Under the pieces are notes generated by a model, which was not told the DNA's origin, ran no database searches, and was given only the letters and a program-made list of their open reading frames with translations. The position numbers were made by a program, and so were the translations under genes. Positions 41,354-51,820 of a stretch of DNA of 64,000 nucleotides are shown one piece after another (the stretch's first letter is position 1; each line of letters opens with the position of its first letter). This DNA is from Moraxellaceae bacterium (GTDB taxonomy: Bacteria; Pseudomonadota; Gammaproteobacteria; Pseudomonadales; Moraxellaceae), in NCBI GenBank assembly GCA_025363155.1, contig JANYEL010000168.1, positions 13,111 to 77,110 of the forward strand. The letters run 5' to 3'.

Positions 41354-42112
41354 TCAAGAGGCAATATTCATCTCATCAGGCAAGCGAATCAAGGTTGCCA
41401 GTGCACTCACATCCAATGTTTTCTGAAAGGGTAAAACGCCCAAGCAAGGTGCCTGCAACCGTTCTGCCAATGAGGTACATTGCGCATCAATCATCTCTGC
41501 GGTTTGATCATCATCCAACACTGTCGCCACCCAACCTGCGAGCTGCAATCCATCACGGCGAATTGCTTCTGCTGTCAATAACGCATGATTCAAACAACCC
41601 AAACGAATCCGAACCACCAAGATCACTGGTTTTTGCAATAACCGTGCAATATCTGCCACTGTTTCACGGGCATTGATCGGCACACGCCAACCACCAGCCC
41701 CTTCGACAATGACTAAATCCGCACGCGTCGACAACGCTGCACGAACCTGCCCAACTACTCGTTCCGCGCGTAAGCTCACACCGACTTCCGCTGCGGCAAG
41801 ATGGGGTGAAATCGGTGATGGCAAACAAATCGGCGCAATGAGCATTGGGTCAATCACTACGCTCGCTTGTTCACTCATTCTGGCGGCATCGCAGCTAACC
41901 AAAACCTCTTTACCGTTTACTATTTCAGTATGGCAACCTGCCGTGATCGGCTTCACACCAAAAGCACTCAAGCCTAACAACTTTGCCCGCGCCAATAACG
42001 TACATGACACCACTGTCTTACCGACATCAGTATCTGTGCCTGCGACGAAAAAAACTTGACGCTGTTTTGGCGTTTGCGGAACAAGAATAGTATCAGTCAC
42101 GGATTTACTCAC
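41354..42112 (-). CDS. bioD: Dethiobiotin synthetase
   Basis: GTDTDVGKT, VEGAGG and LGCLNHALLT motifs. Confidence 0.95.
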   Translation of the reverse strand: MSKSVTDTILVPQTPKQRQVFFVAGTDTDVGKTVVSCTLLARAKLLGLSAFGVKPITAGCHTEIVNGKEVLVSCDAARMSEQASVVIDPMLIAPICLPSPISPHLAAAEVGVSLRAERVVGQVRAALSTRADLVIVEGAGGWRVPINARETVADIARLLQKPVILVVRIRLGCLNHALLTAEAIRRDGLQLAGWVATVLDDDQTAEMIDAQCTSLAERLQAPCLGVLPFQKTLDVSALATLIRLPDEMNIAS

Positions 42113-42139
42113 TGATGAATTAAATCATTTTTTGAAAAT

Positions 42140-42883
42140 CTACAGCACACACAATTGCATGTACAACACTTGATATTCTAGGGAAATCGGCTCGACATCG
42201 CGTAGCCAAGACCGAAACTGCGACATGGACACAGGTGTTTGCGCACGTCCTAAACGATTCCCGCCCATCAGTTTCAACGTGTGCAGTAAATCTTGCAGAT
42301 GATTAAACGGCTGACTCCAGCATTTTTCAGTCACCGAAACCACTACCACCGATTGCGATGCAGCCGCACTTGTCCATGCCCCTGCAGGCAGAAAATCAAA
42401 CAGAGGTAAATCAGGATAACGTGTATGCACACTGGCAAATGAACCTTGCACAGGCACTGCCAACCACAACACACCACCCGACTTCACCACACGGCACAAC
42501 TCAGACAAAATCGTTGGACCCAGCCAATGCAGCGCAAAATGACTCGCCATCCGATCAATTGATTGATCCGCAAATGGCAAATTGCGAATATCGCCTTGCA
42601 CAGGGGTAATGCCTTCCAGACCCATGACATGCGCCAACATCGCAGGCGACTGATCAAGTGCAGATACCTGTTGCTGTTGTGCGGCTATCTTCTTAGCAAT
42701 CGATCCAGTGCCGCAACCCACATCGATCCAGTGCTGCGAATGCGCAGACAAGAACTCACCACTCGCCTGCATTAAATCAAAGAGGAAATTAGCGGATTCG
42801 CGCTGCAATAAAGTCACCCGATCATAGCTTTCAGAGGCGTGATCAAAGGCTTGCCAAACGGCAACATCGGGCGTGTTATTCAT
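42140..42883 (-). CDS. bioC: Malonyl-ACP O-methyltransferase (BioC-like)
   Basis: AF..AS.SYD...LQR, DVGCGTG, LPFAD; adjacent to bioD. Confidence 0.85.
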   Translation of the reverse strand: MNNTPDVAVWQAFDHASESYDRVTLLQRESANFLFDLMQASGEFLSAHSQHWIDVGCGTGSIAKKIAAQQQQVSALDQSPAMLAHVMGLEGITPVQGDIRNLPFADQSIDRMASHFALHWLGPTILSELCRVVKSGGVLWLAVPVQGSFASVHTRYPDLPLFDFLPAGAWTSAAASQSVVVVSVTEKCWSQPFNHLQDLLHTLKLMGGNRLGRAQTPVSMSQFRSWLRDVEPISLEYQVLYMQLCVL

Positions 42884-43736
42884 GATCAATGACTGATGTG
42901 AGATCATTGGAAAGATGATGCTGAAAATAGCCGTCAAACCGACAAGCATCACCTAACCAACGATGGGCAGGTTCAATACCTGCAAGCGGTTCAGCTAATC
43001 GAGGACGTTTCACTACCACACGTTTAGCGACATCTATCGCCAACGGCAACAACGCATCGCCCCAATCAATATCGACATCGCTATGACGTGGAATTGATAA
43101 AAGGTACTGTAAGATTTGCATTTCTTTTTTAACAAGAGGTTGTTTCTTGTCGGTTGCGGCTTTAGGAAACATTGGATCAAGATACACCACATCCACCGCA
43201 CTATGGATGGCATGATCAACCAAATACACCTCGGATTTAGCAAAAACTACCGTCATTCGGCTCACGGCTTGATGCAAGCGTTCATCGTTAAACCGCTCAG
43301 CTTGCACCTTTGCATTCATGAGCAATGCCGCCAGAATCGGATGCCGCTCAACCATCGTCACGGATGCACCCAGCCAAGCCAGCAGTAAAGAATCATGCCC
43401 AAGCCCTGCGGTTGCATCAATGATATTCGCCGTTGATGAGATCAAGCACGCGCGCGCCAGCAACTCGTTGCGAATTCCTGCACGATAAAGACGATGCAAC
43501 TGCCCGACCCAATCGGGTTGCATTTTCATCCCATTTGCCGCAAGCCACAAACCCTGTTCATCATAAATCAAACCGAGTTCAGGTCGCTTGCGAAGCTCAC
43601 GTGCTGTCGGCGTTTCCGCTTGCTCCTCCAGCACTAACGCATAGTCGTCCGTATTCTCGGCAAACCACTGCTGCACGGCATGGGCTTGTTGCGCGGTTTG
43701 AGGCAAATGAATTAAATGCACACAAACACTCGGCAC
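42876..43736 (-). CDS. rsmJ: 16S rRNA m2G1516 methyltransferase (RsmJ-like)
   Basis: DATAGLGHD, YLDPMFP and RVVVKRP motifs. Confidence 0.88.
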   Translation of the reverse strand: MPSVCVHLIHLPQTAQQAHAVQQWFAENTDDYALVLEEQAETPTARELRKRPELGLIYDEQGLWLAANGMKMQPDWVGQLHRLYRAGIRNELLARACLISSTANIIDATAGLGHDSLLLAWLGASVTMVERHPILAALLMNAKVQAERFNDERLHQAVSRMTVVFAKSEVYLVDHAIHSAVDVVYLDPMFPKAATDKKQPLVKKEMQILQYLLSIPRHSDVDIDWGDALLPLAIDVAKRVVVKRPRLAEPLAGIEPAHRWLGDACRFDGYFQHHLSNDLTSVIDHE

Positions 43737-43758
43737 AATGATCTCATCACGCGTTGAC

Positions 43759-44586
43759 CTATGCGCTCCAATTCACCCAACCCATATATGATGACAATAA
43801 AATCAACGCCCCAAAAATAATGCGATAGTATGCAAATACCGTGAAATCATGCTTCACGATGTAACGCATCAGCGCGCGAATGACGAGCAGCGCAGTGATA
43901 AACGACACCACAAAACCAACTGCAAAAATCGGAAAATCAGCAGCTATAAACGCATCACGATTTTTATAAACATCGTAAAAAGTAGCCGCAAACATCGTCG
44001 GAATCGCCAAAAAGAACGAAAACTCAGCCGCCACTTTACGCGACACACCAAACAACAAACCGCCAATAATCGTCGCGCCTGAACGTGACGTTCCTGGAAT
44101 CAATGCAGCACATTGCGCGAAACCGATTTTGAGCGCATCTAGAGGCTTCATATCATCAATATCATTGATACGAATCGTATGTTCACGTTTCTCTGCCCAC
44201 AAGATGATAAAACCACCCACAACTAACGCAATCGCAACCGACACCGCATTGAAGAAATGCGCTTTAATGGCATGAATGGTGAGAAAACCAATGATCGCGG
44301 CAGGTAAAAACGCAATCATGACATTCATCGTAAAACGCAAAGCTATTGAATCACGCTTGAGTAAGCCTTGAATAACCGAGATGAGCTTTACGCGATATTC
44401 ATAACAGACTGACAAAATTGCACCCAACTGAATCGCAATTTCAAACACATCGCGCTTTTCTTTGGTCCAAAAATTCAATAACTCCGCGGTGACAATTAAG
44501 TGTCCCGTACTAGAAATCGGCAGGAACTCTGTGATCCCTTCCACGATGCCCATAATGACGGCATGACATAACAATACAATATCCAT
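43759..44586 (-). CDS. uppP: Undecaprenyl-diphosphate phosphatase
   Basis: EGITEFLPISSTGHL and PGTSRSG motifs. Confidence 0.96.
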   Translation of the reverse strand: MDIVLLCHAVIMGIVEGITEFLPISSTGHLIVTAELLNFWTKEKRDVFEIAIQLGAILSVCYEYRVKLISVIQGLLKRDSIALRFTMNVMIAFLPAAIIGFLTIHAIKAHFFNAVSVAIALVVGGFIILWAEKREHTIRINDIDDMKPLDALKIGFAQCAALIPGTSRSGATIIGGLLFGVSRKVAAEFSFFLAIPTMFAATFYDVYKNRDAFIAADFPIFAVGFVVSFITALLVIRALMRYIVKHDFTVFAYYRIIFGALILLSSYMGWVNWSA

Positions 44587-44662
44587 GGGTCTCTCTTAAA
44601 GAACAGTTAATATCACGAGCATATTGCTCAGTTTAGAAATCTAAAAACTTTTACTTAAAAAA

Positions 44663-45346
44663 CTAATATGAAATCTTGCGCTGTTGATCTAATTTCTTCC
44701 ACGCATCATCACGCAAATACACAGGTAATGCCTCTGCCGCACTAACAGTTTGGCCATGCTGTAATGCCTGCCAGCCTAAGAAACCAATATCATGCGCAGT
44801 CGCACTCAGCTCAACAATGCGCGGTATATCACTAGCAACACTCACATCAACTAACGGACTGCCACTGCCGACTAAAGCCAAAACACCTTCCGCAATACTC
44901 ACAGCGCTATACGCTGCTAACTGCTCCTCGCCAATCATTTGCATCACACCGCACTGGTCAAGCTGAAACGTTGCCGCATACACTTCATTCATGCGCGCAT
45001 CAATCACAGCACACACGCAAGTCAAACCCTTTTGCGCATAAGCATGTTGGGCTAAAGCCTGCAAAGTCGAGACTGCAATCACAGGTAAATCATGTGCCCA
45101 TGCGAGCGCTTGCGTCACCGCCGCGTTAATCCGCACGCCACTAAACGAACCAGGACCACGACTAAAGGCGATCGCCGATAAATCTTTAAAACTTAAATTG
45201 CGCTCCGCCAAAACCGCATCGATCATGGGCAAAATCAGCCGAGTCTGTTCACGCGCACGCGTATCCAAACGCTCGGCTTGCACGCCTGACGCATCATATA
45301 AAACAACAGAACACTGATCCGTCGCGGTCTCAAGTGCAAGAAGCAT
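44663..45346 (-). CDS. tsaB: tRNA threonylcarbamoyladenosine biosynthesis protein TsaB
   Basis: LALETAT, GPGSFSGVRI, DARMNEVY and PVYLR motifs. Confidence 0.94.
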   Translation of the reverse strand: MLLALETATDQCSVVLYDASGVQAERLDTRAREQTRLILPMIDAVLAERNLSFKDLSAIAFSRGPGSFSGVRINAAVTQALAWAHDLPVIAVSTLQALAQHAYAQKGLTCVCAVIDARMNEVYAATFQLDQCGVMQMIGEEQLAAYSAVSIAEGVLALVGSGSPLVDVSVASDIPRIVELSATAHDIGFLGWQALQHGQTVSAAEALPVYLRDDAWKKLDQQRKISY

Positions 45347-45490
45347 GTTTACCCCTAAAGCTGATTGGCTTAGCGATCGCTATTCAATCACCAAATAATT
45401 AGATTATCATTAGCTTATTGCAAGTCGTTGCTAAACTATATTCAACATCTAACAAGCTTGTGAAACGAAAAACAGGATTCTAAGCCAAAT

Positions 45491-46144
45491 ATGACTCCAC
45501 TGCTCGATTCTTCACATAAAACAACCGATAAAATGGCGCCACAAGCCATGCCCTCGTTATCGGCTATTATTCTTGCGGGCGGAGAAGGACGACGCATGGG
45601 TGGTTTAGATAAAGGCTTAGTCCTCTATCAAGATAAACCTTTAGTGCAATGGGTCAAAGAAGCTTTACCTAATGCCGTCAAACAAATCATCATTAGCTGT
45701 AATCGACATCCGCAGGATTATGCGCAATACGGTCAGACCATTCACGACTTGCCCAGTGAATTTACCTATGGCGGTGCGCTGTCAGGTATTTTAGCAGCAC
45801 TCCCACTATGCCAGCACGAATGGGTCATCATCACACCCTGTGACTTGATTTACTACCCGACTGATTTTGCAGAAGTCGCTTGGACGACACTTTCCACACA
45901 TTTACAGCAAAATCCAAAAGCCGCCAAAATCGCTGTAGCGCATGATGGTGAACGTCGCCAGAATTTGTGCTTATTCATACATAAGGACGAAACGAGCGCA
46001 CTCGTCGATGCACTCAAAACCAGTCGCGCAGTCCATGATTGGCTAGATGCACGCCAAGCCCTCAATATTCCATGGGCTAATCCACAAGCATTTTTAAATA
46101 TTAATGATCAGAAACAGTTGGCGGCTCTCAAAGACGCGTACTAA
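45491..46144 (+). CDS. mobA: Molybdenum cofactor guanylyltransferase
   Basis: ILAGGEGRRMGGLDKG, PCD and FLNIN motifs. Confidence 0.9.
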   Translation: MTPLLDSSHKTTDKMAPQAMPSLSAIILAGGEGRRMGGLDKGLVLYQDKPLVQWVKEALPNAVKQIIISCNRHPQDYAQYGQTIHDLPSEFTYGGALSGILAALPLCQHEWVIITPCDLIYYPTDFAEVAWTTLSTHLQQNPKAAKIAVAHDGERRQNLCLFIHKDETSALVDALKTSRAVHDWLDARQALNIPWANPQAFLNINDQKQLAALKDAY

Positions 46145-46151
46145 ATGCTTG

Positions 46152-46264
46152 TCTCCTTCTCCTGAGGGGGAAGGCTGGGATGGGGGTGCTTTTGACTTTA
46201 GAATGCAAAAGCACCCCTTCTAAATCCTCCTGCTCTGGGGGCAGACTTCAAAGCCAAAGCATTG
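46152..46264. repeat. Degenerate palindromic repeat of the 37-176 family
   Basis: ggggtgcttttg...caaaagcacccc arms; gacttcaaagccaaagcattg matches the reverse complement of positions ~6-26. Confidence 0.55.
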
Positions 46265-46284
46265 AATTTGAATTGTCTTTTTTG

Positions 46285-46349
46285 CAGTTCCCTGAGCCTG
46301 TCGAAGGGCTATCACCATACAAAAAGACTTCGACAAGCTTAGCCAACTG
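46285..46349. repeat. Palindromic repeat CTGAGCCTGTCGAA...TTCGACAAGCT (second copy)
   Basis: Shares both arms with 32136-32200. Confidence 0.7.
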
Positions 46350-46365
46350 TGAATATTTTTAAAAA

Positions 46366-46941
46366 TTAAAAACTATGCGGACGTAATCCTTTCTTAAACC
46401 GCTGACAATGCTCCGCATAATGCAACGCACTCATTCGAATCATTTGCTCAACCATCTCACTCGCAGGTTTCACCACTTTGCCGGGCGACCCCATTACAAT
46501 CGAATTATCAGGAATCACCATCCGTTCAGGAATCAACGCATTCGCGCCAATGATGCAATTCTTACCAATCACTGCATTATTCAAAATCACCGAATTGATG
46601 CCAATCAAACTGTTATCACCAATCTGACAACCATGCAGCGTCACCTGATGACCCACCGTCACATATTGCCCAATTTTCAGGTTAATACCCGCATCCGTAT
46701 GCAATACACAATTTTCTTGAATATTACTAAAATCACCAATCTCAATTAGCGAATTATCCCCACGAATCACCGCGCCAAACCAGACACTCACTGACTGCCC
46801 CAAAGAAACCTGACCAATCACTGATGCACTATCAGCAACCCAACCATTCCATGACTCGCCATCATCAACATGTGCTGTCGGGCAATAATCTTCAAAACAA
46901 TACAGCATCACATCACTCCTGATTTTGCTTCCAGCATGCAA
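46366..46941 (-). CDS. Gamma carbonic anhydrase-like (YrdA/CaiE) hexapeptide protein
   Basis: VIRGD, NIQENCVLH and VGHQVTLHGC motifs; true start may be ~46908. Confidence 0.9.
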   Translation of the reverse strand: MHAGSKIRSDVMLYCFEDYCPTAHVDDGESWNGWVADSASVIGQVSLGQSVSVWFGAVIRGDNSLIEIGDFSNIQENCVLHTDAGINLKIGQYVTVGHQVTLHGCQIGDNSLIGINSVILNNAVIGKNCIIGANALIPERMVIPDNSIVMGSPGKVVKPASEMVEQMIRMSALHYAEHCQRFKKGLRPHSF

Positions 46942-46950
46942 GAAACCATT

Positions 46951-47544
46951 TTATTTCTTAGTAATATAAAACATAGGCCAATCAATTTTTTTGCCTAAAC
47001 CATAACGCACCAAATCCACCAGAATCCGTCCAGTCAAACCCCACACCACCTCGCCTTCGACCTGAAAACTCGGCACGACAAACGTACCCGCTTTCATTGC
47101 AACGCGATAAGGCACAGGATTTTCATTCAACAAATAAGATAAACGAACAAAGAAGATTTTCTCAATTTCACCAGGATGGGCAACCAAAACGGTATCAGCA
47201 GGAATAATCCCAACGATGGGTTTCACACTGAGTCCACTTTTGGCTGTTTGCGTCGGTAACTCCCCGACCAAACGTACGGAAAAAGGATCAAGCGCAGTCT
47301 CTTCCCACGCCTCACGCAGCGCCACAGCAATATTACTGGTATCGCTCAAATCGCGCTTACCACCGGGTAGCGACACTTCTCCCGCATGTTGGTTTAATGT
47401 TCCTGCACGTTTGGACAGCAAAATACGCGGATCATCCTCATCCGTCATGGCGAGCAAAACCGCAGCATCAGCGGCGCGGCGATGCTTGGCAAATCGCAAC
47501 TGCGACTCGATGCGTGACCGTAAAGAGGGTGCAACAGCAGACAT
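46951..47544 (-). CDS. CoA pyrophosphatase (Nudix, NudL-like)
   Basis: AAVLL, HAGEVSLPGG, ALREAWEET and VWGLTG motifs; ORF extends to 47607. Confidence 0.88.
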   Translation of the reverse strand: MSAVAPSLRSRIESQLRFAKHRRAADAAVLLAMTDEDDPRILLSKRAGTLNQHAGEVSLPGGKRDLSDTSNIAVALREAWEETALDPFSVRLVGELPTQTAKSGLSVKPIVGIIPADTVLVAHPGEIEKIFFVRLSYLLNENPVPYRVAMKAGTFVVPSFQVEGEVVWGLTGRILVDLVRYGLGKKIDWPMFYITKK

Positions 47545-47821
47545 AAACCGACCCATCCTAATATTCTTTTTCAATGATGAAGAAAATTCCATCTGTCCTT
47601 CAATCAATACAGCTTAAATCATATCAATCACACCAGACTAGCAGATTTGCGTTATTCTGCAGTGACGCATGAGTTTTATCTTGTGAAGCGAATTCCTAAG
47701 ACATAATTCTGGGATTTGCTAGCGTTGTTTGATATTGTTGATGCGTAATAAATTGAACACTGATCAAGTTACGCACTCGACCTGCAGCACCTATAGCAAT
47801 AGTTTCTTAGGATTAATGAAG

Positions 47822-48385
47822 ATGTCTTTTTGTATCAAATGTGGTCATGCCACGCAGACCGCAATTCCAGACGGCGACTCACACTATCGTGAAGTCTGCC
47901 CGAACTGCAGCCACATTCATTACGAAAATCCGAAGATCATTTGCGGTGCATTAGCCATTTGGCAAGGTAAAGTTCTGCTCTGCCGACGTGCGATTGAACC
48001 TCGTTATGGATTATGGACATTACCTGCCGGCTTTATGGAACTGCAAGAAACCATGGAGCAAGGCGCGGCACGTGAAACATGGGAAGAAGCCGAAGGTCAC
48101 GTGACCATTGATCATTTGTATTGCAGCTATAACATCCCAAGAATCGGACAAGTTTATATGTTGTTCAAAGGGGCGCTTGAGAATGGCGAATTTGGCGCAG
48201 GTGAAGAAAGTTTAGAGTGTGCGTTATTCGATGAAGCCGAAATTCCTTGGGATAGCCTTGCTTTTCCAAGTATTTATCGAACGCTGAAACATTATTACCA
48301 TGATCGTAAAACCTATGACTTTGCAACTGACCAAGTCCCGTTCCACTTAGAAACGATTGCTGGGAATGACACTGTGATTGAGTGA
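47822..48385 (+). CDS. Nudix hydrolase with N-terminal zinc ribbon
   Basis: FCIKCG...CPNC..IHYENP; LPAGFME...GAARETWEEA Nudix box. Confidence 0.9.
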   Translation: MSFCIKCGHATQTAIPDGDSHYREVCPNCSHIHYENPKIICGALAIWQGKVLLCRRAIEPRYGLWTLPAGFMELQETMEQGAARETWEEAEGHVTIDHLYCSYNIPRIGQVYMLFKGALENGEFGAGEESLECALFDEAEIPWDSLAFPSIYRTLKHYYHDRKTYDFATDQVPFHLETIAGNDTVIE

Positions 48386-48430
48386 GAAATAGCAAATCCC
48401 AATGTCTCGTCCTAAAATAGGTTGACAGTT

Positions 48431-49309
48431 TTAAGATACAACTAGAGACCTATTTTTGGACTGATTGATTGACGCCCGATGCACCGCATCGGGCGTCTTG
48501 TATTCTAATGACAAATGTGGACGGAGGCTATTATAAGCCGCTATCGATTCGGCAATGATCTTTCTTGCTTGCTCTAAATCCTTCGGTATATCCAGCAAGA
48601 ACTCCTGCTTCAATATCCCATTCACACGCTCTGCTAATGCATTCTGATATGAGAAACATTGTTTCGCAAGGTAGCCATCCGTCATCGAACAAGTTATTCC
48701 TGCGACTTCGTGGATACTTTGATAATCATTCGAACAGTATTGAATCCCTCGGTCGGAATGATGCACCAACCGTTGCTCTGTTTCTCGATGCTTCACCGCC
48801 TTCGTCAAGGCTTTGGCCACTTGGGCAGTGTGTAAACTGTTATGAACATGATGACACACGATCTTACGTGAATAGGCATCCGTGACCAAACTTAAATATA
48901 CCGTCTCCTCTTGGGTTGGAATATAGGTAATATCCGCTACCCAGACTTGCTCACTTTCCGTCGCAATCACCTGATCTTCTCCTGCCTTAAGCAGGTTTGG
49001 GTGCTTTCTAAACCGATGATGGCTGTTGGTGGTCTTGTGATATGAGCGTTTGGGTGTCACCAACAGGTTAGCACCTCGCAGTACTTCAAATAATCCATCT
49101 CTGCCCAATTTAATCTGCATCTGAGTCAACAACGGCTTGAGCAAATAATACAATTTGCGTGTGCCTAACTGTGGGAGTTTGATCCTTTGATTGCGGACGA
49201 GTTGAACCACTGCACTCGCTGTTGCTGCCTTAGCTGTGAGTGCTTGGTTTTGTTTGTAGTACGCTTGGCGACTAATACCATAATGCTGGCAAGCCAAATC
49301 AACACTCAT
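48431..49309 (-). CDS. IS3-family transposase OrfB (DDE integrase core)
   Basis: WVADITY, HHSDRGIQY and AERVNGILK motifs. Confidence 0.92.
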   Translation of the reverse strand: MSVDLACQHYGISRQAYYKQNQALTAKAATASAVVQLVRNQRIKLPQLGTRKLYYLLKPLLTQMQIKLGRDGLFEVLRGANLLVTPKRSYHKTTNSHHRFRKHPNLLKAGEDQVIATESEQVWVADITYIPTQEETVYLSLVTDAYSRKIVCHHVHNSLHTAQVAKALTKAVKHRETEQRLVHHSDRGIQYCSNDYQSIHEVAGITCSMTDGYLAKQCFSYQNALAERVNGILKQEFLLDIPKDLEQARKIIAESIAAYNSLRPHLSLEYKTPDAVHRASINQSKNRSLVVS

Positions 49310-49725
49310 GGCTTTTTCGGCTTTGAGGGTTTCGACTGCTTGCCTGAAGACTTTTTTACTAATGACTTGGGATACTGTGTACGAATGATCTCGACCATGG
49401 TTTCAAACAGCTGAGCCTTTTGCTGAGCGGCGAGTAGCTGTGTTTCTAACTCTTTGATTCGTTGTTCGGGAGTCAATGGTTCTTTATTCATATCAGATGT
49501 ATTTCGCTTGCGTGTGGTTGTGCCAAGCGTACACCAATCCATCTGACTATGTTTAAGTAGCCAGTTGCGCACTGTGGATTGACCTTGAATCCCGTAGTGT
49601 TTGGTTGCTTCAATATAAGTCATCTCGCCCCGTTCAATTTGACGGACAACGCTCAACTTAAAAGACATGCTGTAGTCGCGCTGGGTGCGCTTAACATATT
49701 GTTCCATTTGACACTCCTGAGCCAT
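49306..49725 (-). CDS. IS3-family transposase OrfA (HTH)
   Basis: KRTQRDYSMSFKL HTH and coiled coil; A-AAA-AAG slippery site at 49351-49357 gives a -1 fusion in frame with OrfB. Confidence 0.9.
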   Translation of the reverse strand: MAQECQMEQYVKRTQRDYSMSFKLSVVRQIERGEMTYIEATKHYGIQGQSTVRNWLLKHSQMDWCTLGTTTRKRNTSDMNKEPLTPEQRIKELETQLLAAQQKAQLFETMVEIIRTQYPKSLVKKSSGKQSKPSKPKKP

Positions 49726-49766
49726 AGGCTCTTTGGTGTCAACTTATTCTAGGACGGGACACAATT

Positions 49767-49801
49767 AATAAAAAAGAGACCTATTTGGTCTCTTTTTTAT
49801 T
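49767..49801. terminator. Bidirectional rho-independent terminator after the fil cluster
   Basis: aataaaaaagagacc-tattt-ggtctcttttttatt. Confidence 0.8.
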
Positions 49802-49825
49802 ATGAGCAAGCTCAATAGAACTTGG

Positions 49826-51820
49826 TTAGATTCCGGCAGGGGGAGTATAACAACTCGTGTTTAGAGCAATCGATACCGTTCCAAGACTGCGTATAGTGAG
49901 CGCTTTATCAGCAGGAGTCTGCTTGCCTTTCGCATAATTATTTCTAATGGCACTCCACAAATCGTAGAAGTTCGTATAAATCGCTGGAAGTGTACTTTGT
50001 TCACCCGTACTGACAACCGTTGTATTACCAGCGGAATCAGTTGTAGTCACATTAGTATTTTCCGTCATATTAATGCTACCACTCAATGCCCCAACGACAT
50101 TGATTTTAGCTGAACGCGAAAAGCCCAATGTACCAATCTGCATACCATCTAGCTGGTCAAATTGTGGACCACTTAGCATAATAATAGGACTGATAAAACG
50201 GTCAGATATATTGGTAATCCCCTGAAATGCTGCTCCAACAACGCCAACAGGATATTCTTTAGTCGTCACTGCATGGCAATTCTTATTCATATCAGTCTCT
50301 ATATTACCATTCGCTAGAATAGCAATACCTTGCTTACCGAGTTCCTGCTTAGTATTACTCGCATCAACGTAAGTAAAAGTTAGAACAGCATACAGCGGAA
50401 AAATGCCTTTATTATTTTTTCCAACATTCGCTGCAGTCTTAAATACGGCTGGATCAAGGAATGTATCGACACTACGTGTTTTTTGCAGTGTTAATTTACC
50501 AAGGTATGGGGTAGAGGTTGCGCTATTGGTTTGTGTCCATGTGGCCAATTCATCAACTGGAGCGAGTACTGTTGAAGGATTATTAGTCACATTCTGCCAG
50601 AGTGGTTGATTACCAACAATAAACGTACCACCTAGCAAACGTCCTTTGCTAAAAGTCGCTTGACCTAACTTTGTAGGCGTCGCACCTGTTTCAGTCCATT
50701 TATTGTTTGTATCTAACGTAAATGCTTTCGGCTGCCAAATATAATTATCTTTAACAAATCCATTAATTGGATTAATAAATGACGTCGCACTCGTCAAAAG
50801 TAACCGCGTATAGCCGTCTGGACCTGATAGCAGATTGTATGCTGTTTTGGTTCCTGTACTAGGATCAATTGGAGAAATATTTCCACTCCACTCAGCACCA
50901 TGCCCTATCAAGTTACCACTACGATCGATCACATTTGCAAGCCCAAGTACAGATTGATCATCTGTAGTAGCAGAGGTTGCTAAAGTCGCAACATTTGCTG
51001 CAGTCGCAGCAGTCACGTCCGGAATACTTGCAACAAATACTGGGTTTGTATAAAAAGATCCAGCCTGTATCGCCTGTAAAGCCTGTAAAAAACGTGTTCT
51101 TGTTTGATCTTGTGGTAATAAAGAAATATTTAGGCTGGTTAAGATCGGTTGAATTGCCGTAACAAAAGTACCATTAGCAACATCTGAAGCAGGTATATTT
51201 GCAGCCAACAAATTGATTTTAACCTTAGTAAGATCATCAATAATCAAACGACTGGTAGGCGAACCCTCGGTATAAGGAGAGGATATGCTTCGCAATGTTT
51301 CCAAAAGCTGTGCAATGTTTACCACAGGGGTGGCTACAGCATCTGTCAAACTTGTTGCGTCAGATGCTGAAGAAACCAAATTTAGCGGGGTAATACTGAC
51401 CAAGCTCCCAGTTGCATTTCGACCTGTGTCACGATTAGATTTAACCAAATAACTGCCGAGAGTAATCGAGCGAATACGATCCTTTCCTTGTAAGGAAAAA
51501 ATCGCAACTGACTGATCTGGGCACACAACTGTACCAGTAGAGTCAGTGACATCATTCACAACACCACATTGATAATTCAAGCCTACTACAGGAGCATCCA
51601 CGACAAACTGTGCGGTAACACATGCTGTTGCACCAGAAGCAGAACAACTCACAATTTTATTACCGTCAGTTACACTTGGATCAGCAAGGTTATTGCCAGC
51701 AGATCCACCGCAACCAGAGAGCGCAGCCACCAGAGCTAGTAAGGGTAACGCAGATAAAGTCAATGATCCTGCATTTCTCCGAGATATTTTACTTTGCATT
51801 TTCATCAAGTCCATTTTCAT
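49826..51820 (-). CDS. filF: FilF-like outer-membrane lipoprotein
   Basis: Lipobox LSGC, Cys-containing N-terminal domain (DAPVVGLNYQC), beta-rich; last gene of the fil cluster; GAGG RBS before ATG 51820. Confidence 0.7.
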   Translation of the reverse strand: MKMDLMKMQSKISRRNAGSLTLSALPLLALVAALSGCGGSAGNNLADPSVTDGNKIVSCSASGATACVTAQFVVDAPVVGLNYQCGVVNDVTDSTGTVVCPDQSVAIFSLQGKDRIRSITLGSYLVKSNRDTGRNATGSLVSITPLNLVSSASDATSLTDAVATPVVNIAQLLETLRSISSPYTEGSPTSRLIIDDLTKVKINLLAANIPASDVANGTFVTAIQPILTSLNISLLPQDQTRTRFLQALQAIQAGSFYTNPVFVASIPDVTAATAANVATLATSATTDDQSVLGLANVIDRSGNLIGHGAEWSGNISPIDPSTGTKTAYNLLSGPDGYTRLLLTSATSFINPINGFVKDNYIWQPKAFTLDTNNKWTETGATPTKLGQATFSKGRLLGGTFIVGNQPLWQNVTNNPSTVLAPVDELATWTQTNSATSTPYLGKLTLQKTRSVDTFLDPAVFKTAANVGKNNKGIFPLYAVLTFTYVDASNTKQELGKQGIAILANGNIETDMNKNCHAVTTKEYPVGVVGAAFQGITNISDRFISPIIMLSGPQFDQLDGMQIGTLGFSRSAKINVVGALSGSINMTENTNVTTTDSAGNTTVVSTGEQSTLPAIYTNFYDLWSAIRNNYAKGKQTPADKALTIRSLGTVSIALNTSCYTPPAGI

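Larger units (their letters stand above)
48403..49761 (-). mobile_element. Complete IS3-family insertion sequence
   Basis: 25-bp terminal inverted repeats (TGTCTCGTCCTAAAATAGGTTGACA / TGTCCCGTCCTAGAATAAGTTGACA, 3 mismatches), TG...CA ends, 3-bp target duplication CAA on both sides. Confidence 0.93.

Noticed and set aside
48444-49786. 12-mer agagacctattt shared by the IS interior and the flanking terminator
   Set aside because: IS ends are already defined by inverted repeats and the CAA duplication; likely coincidence
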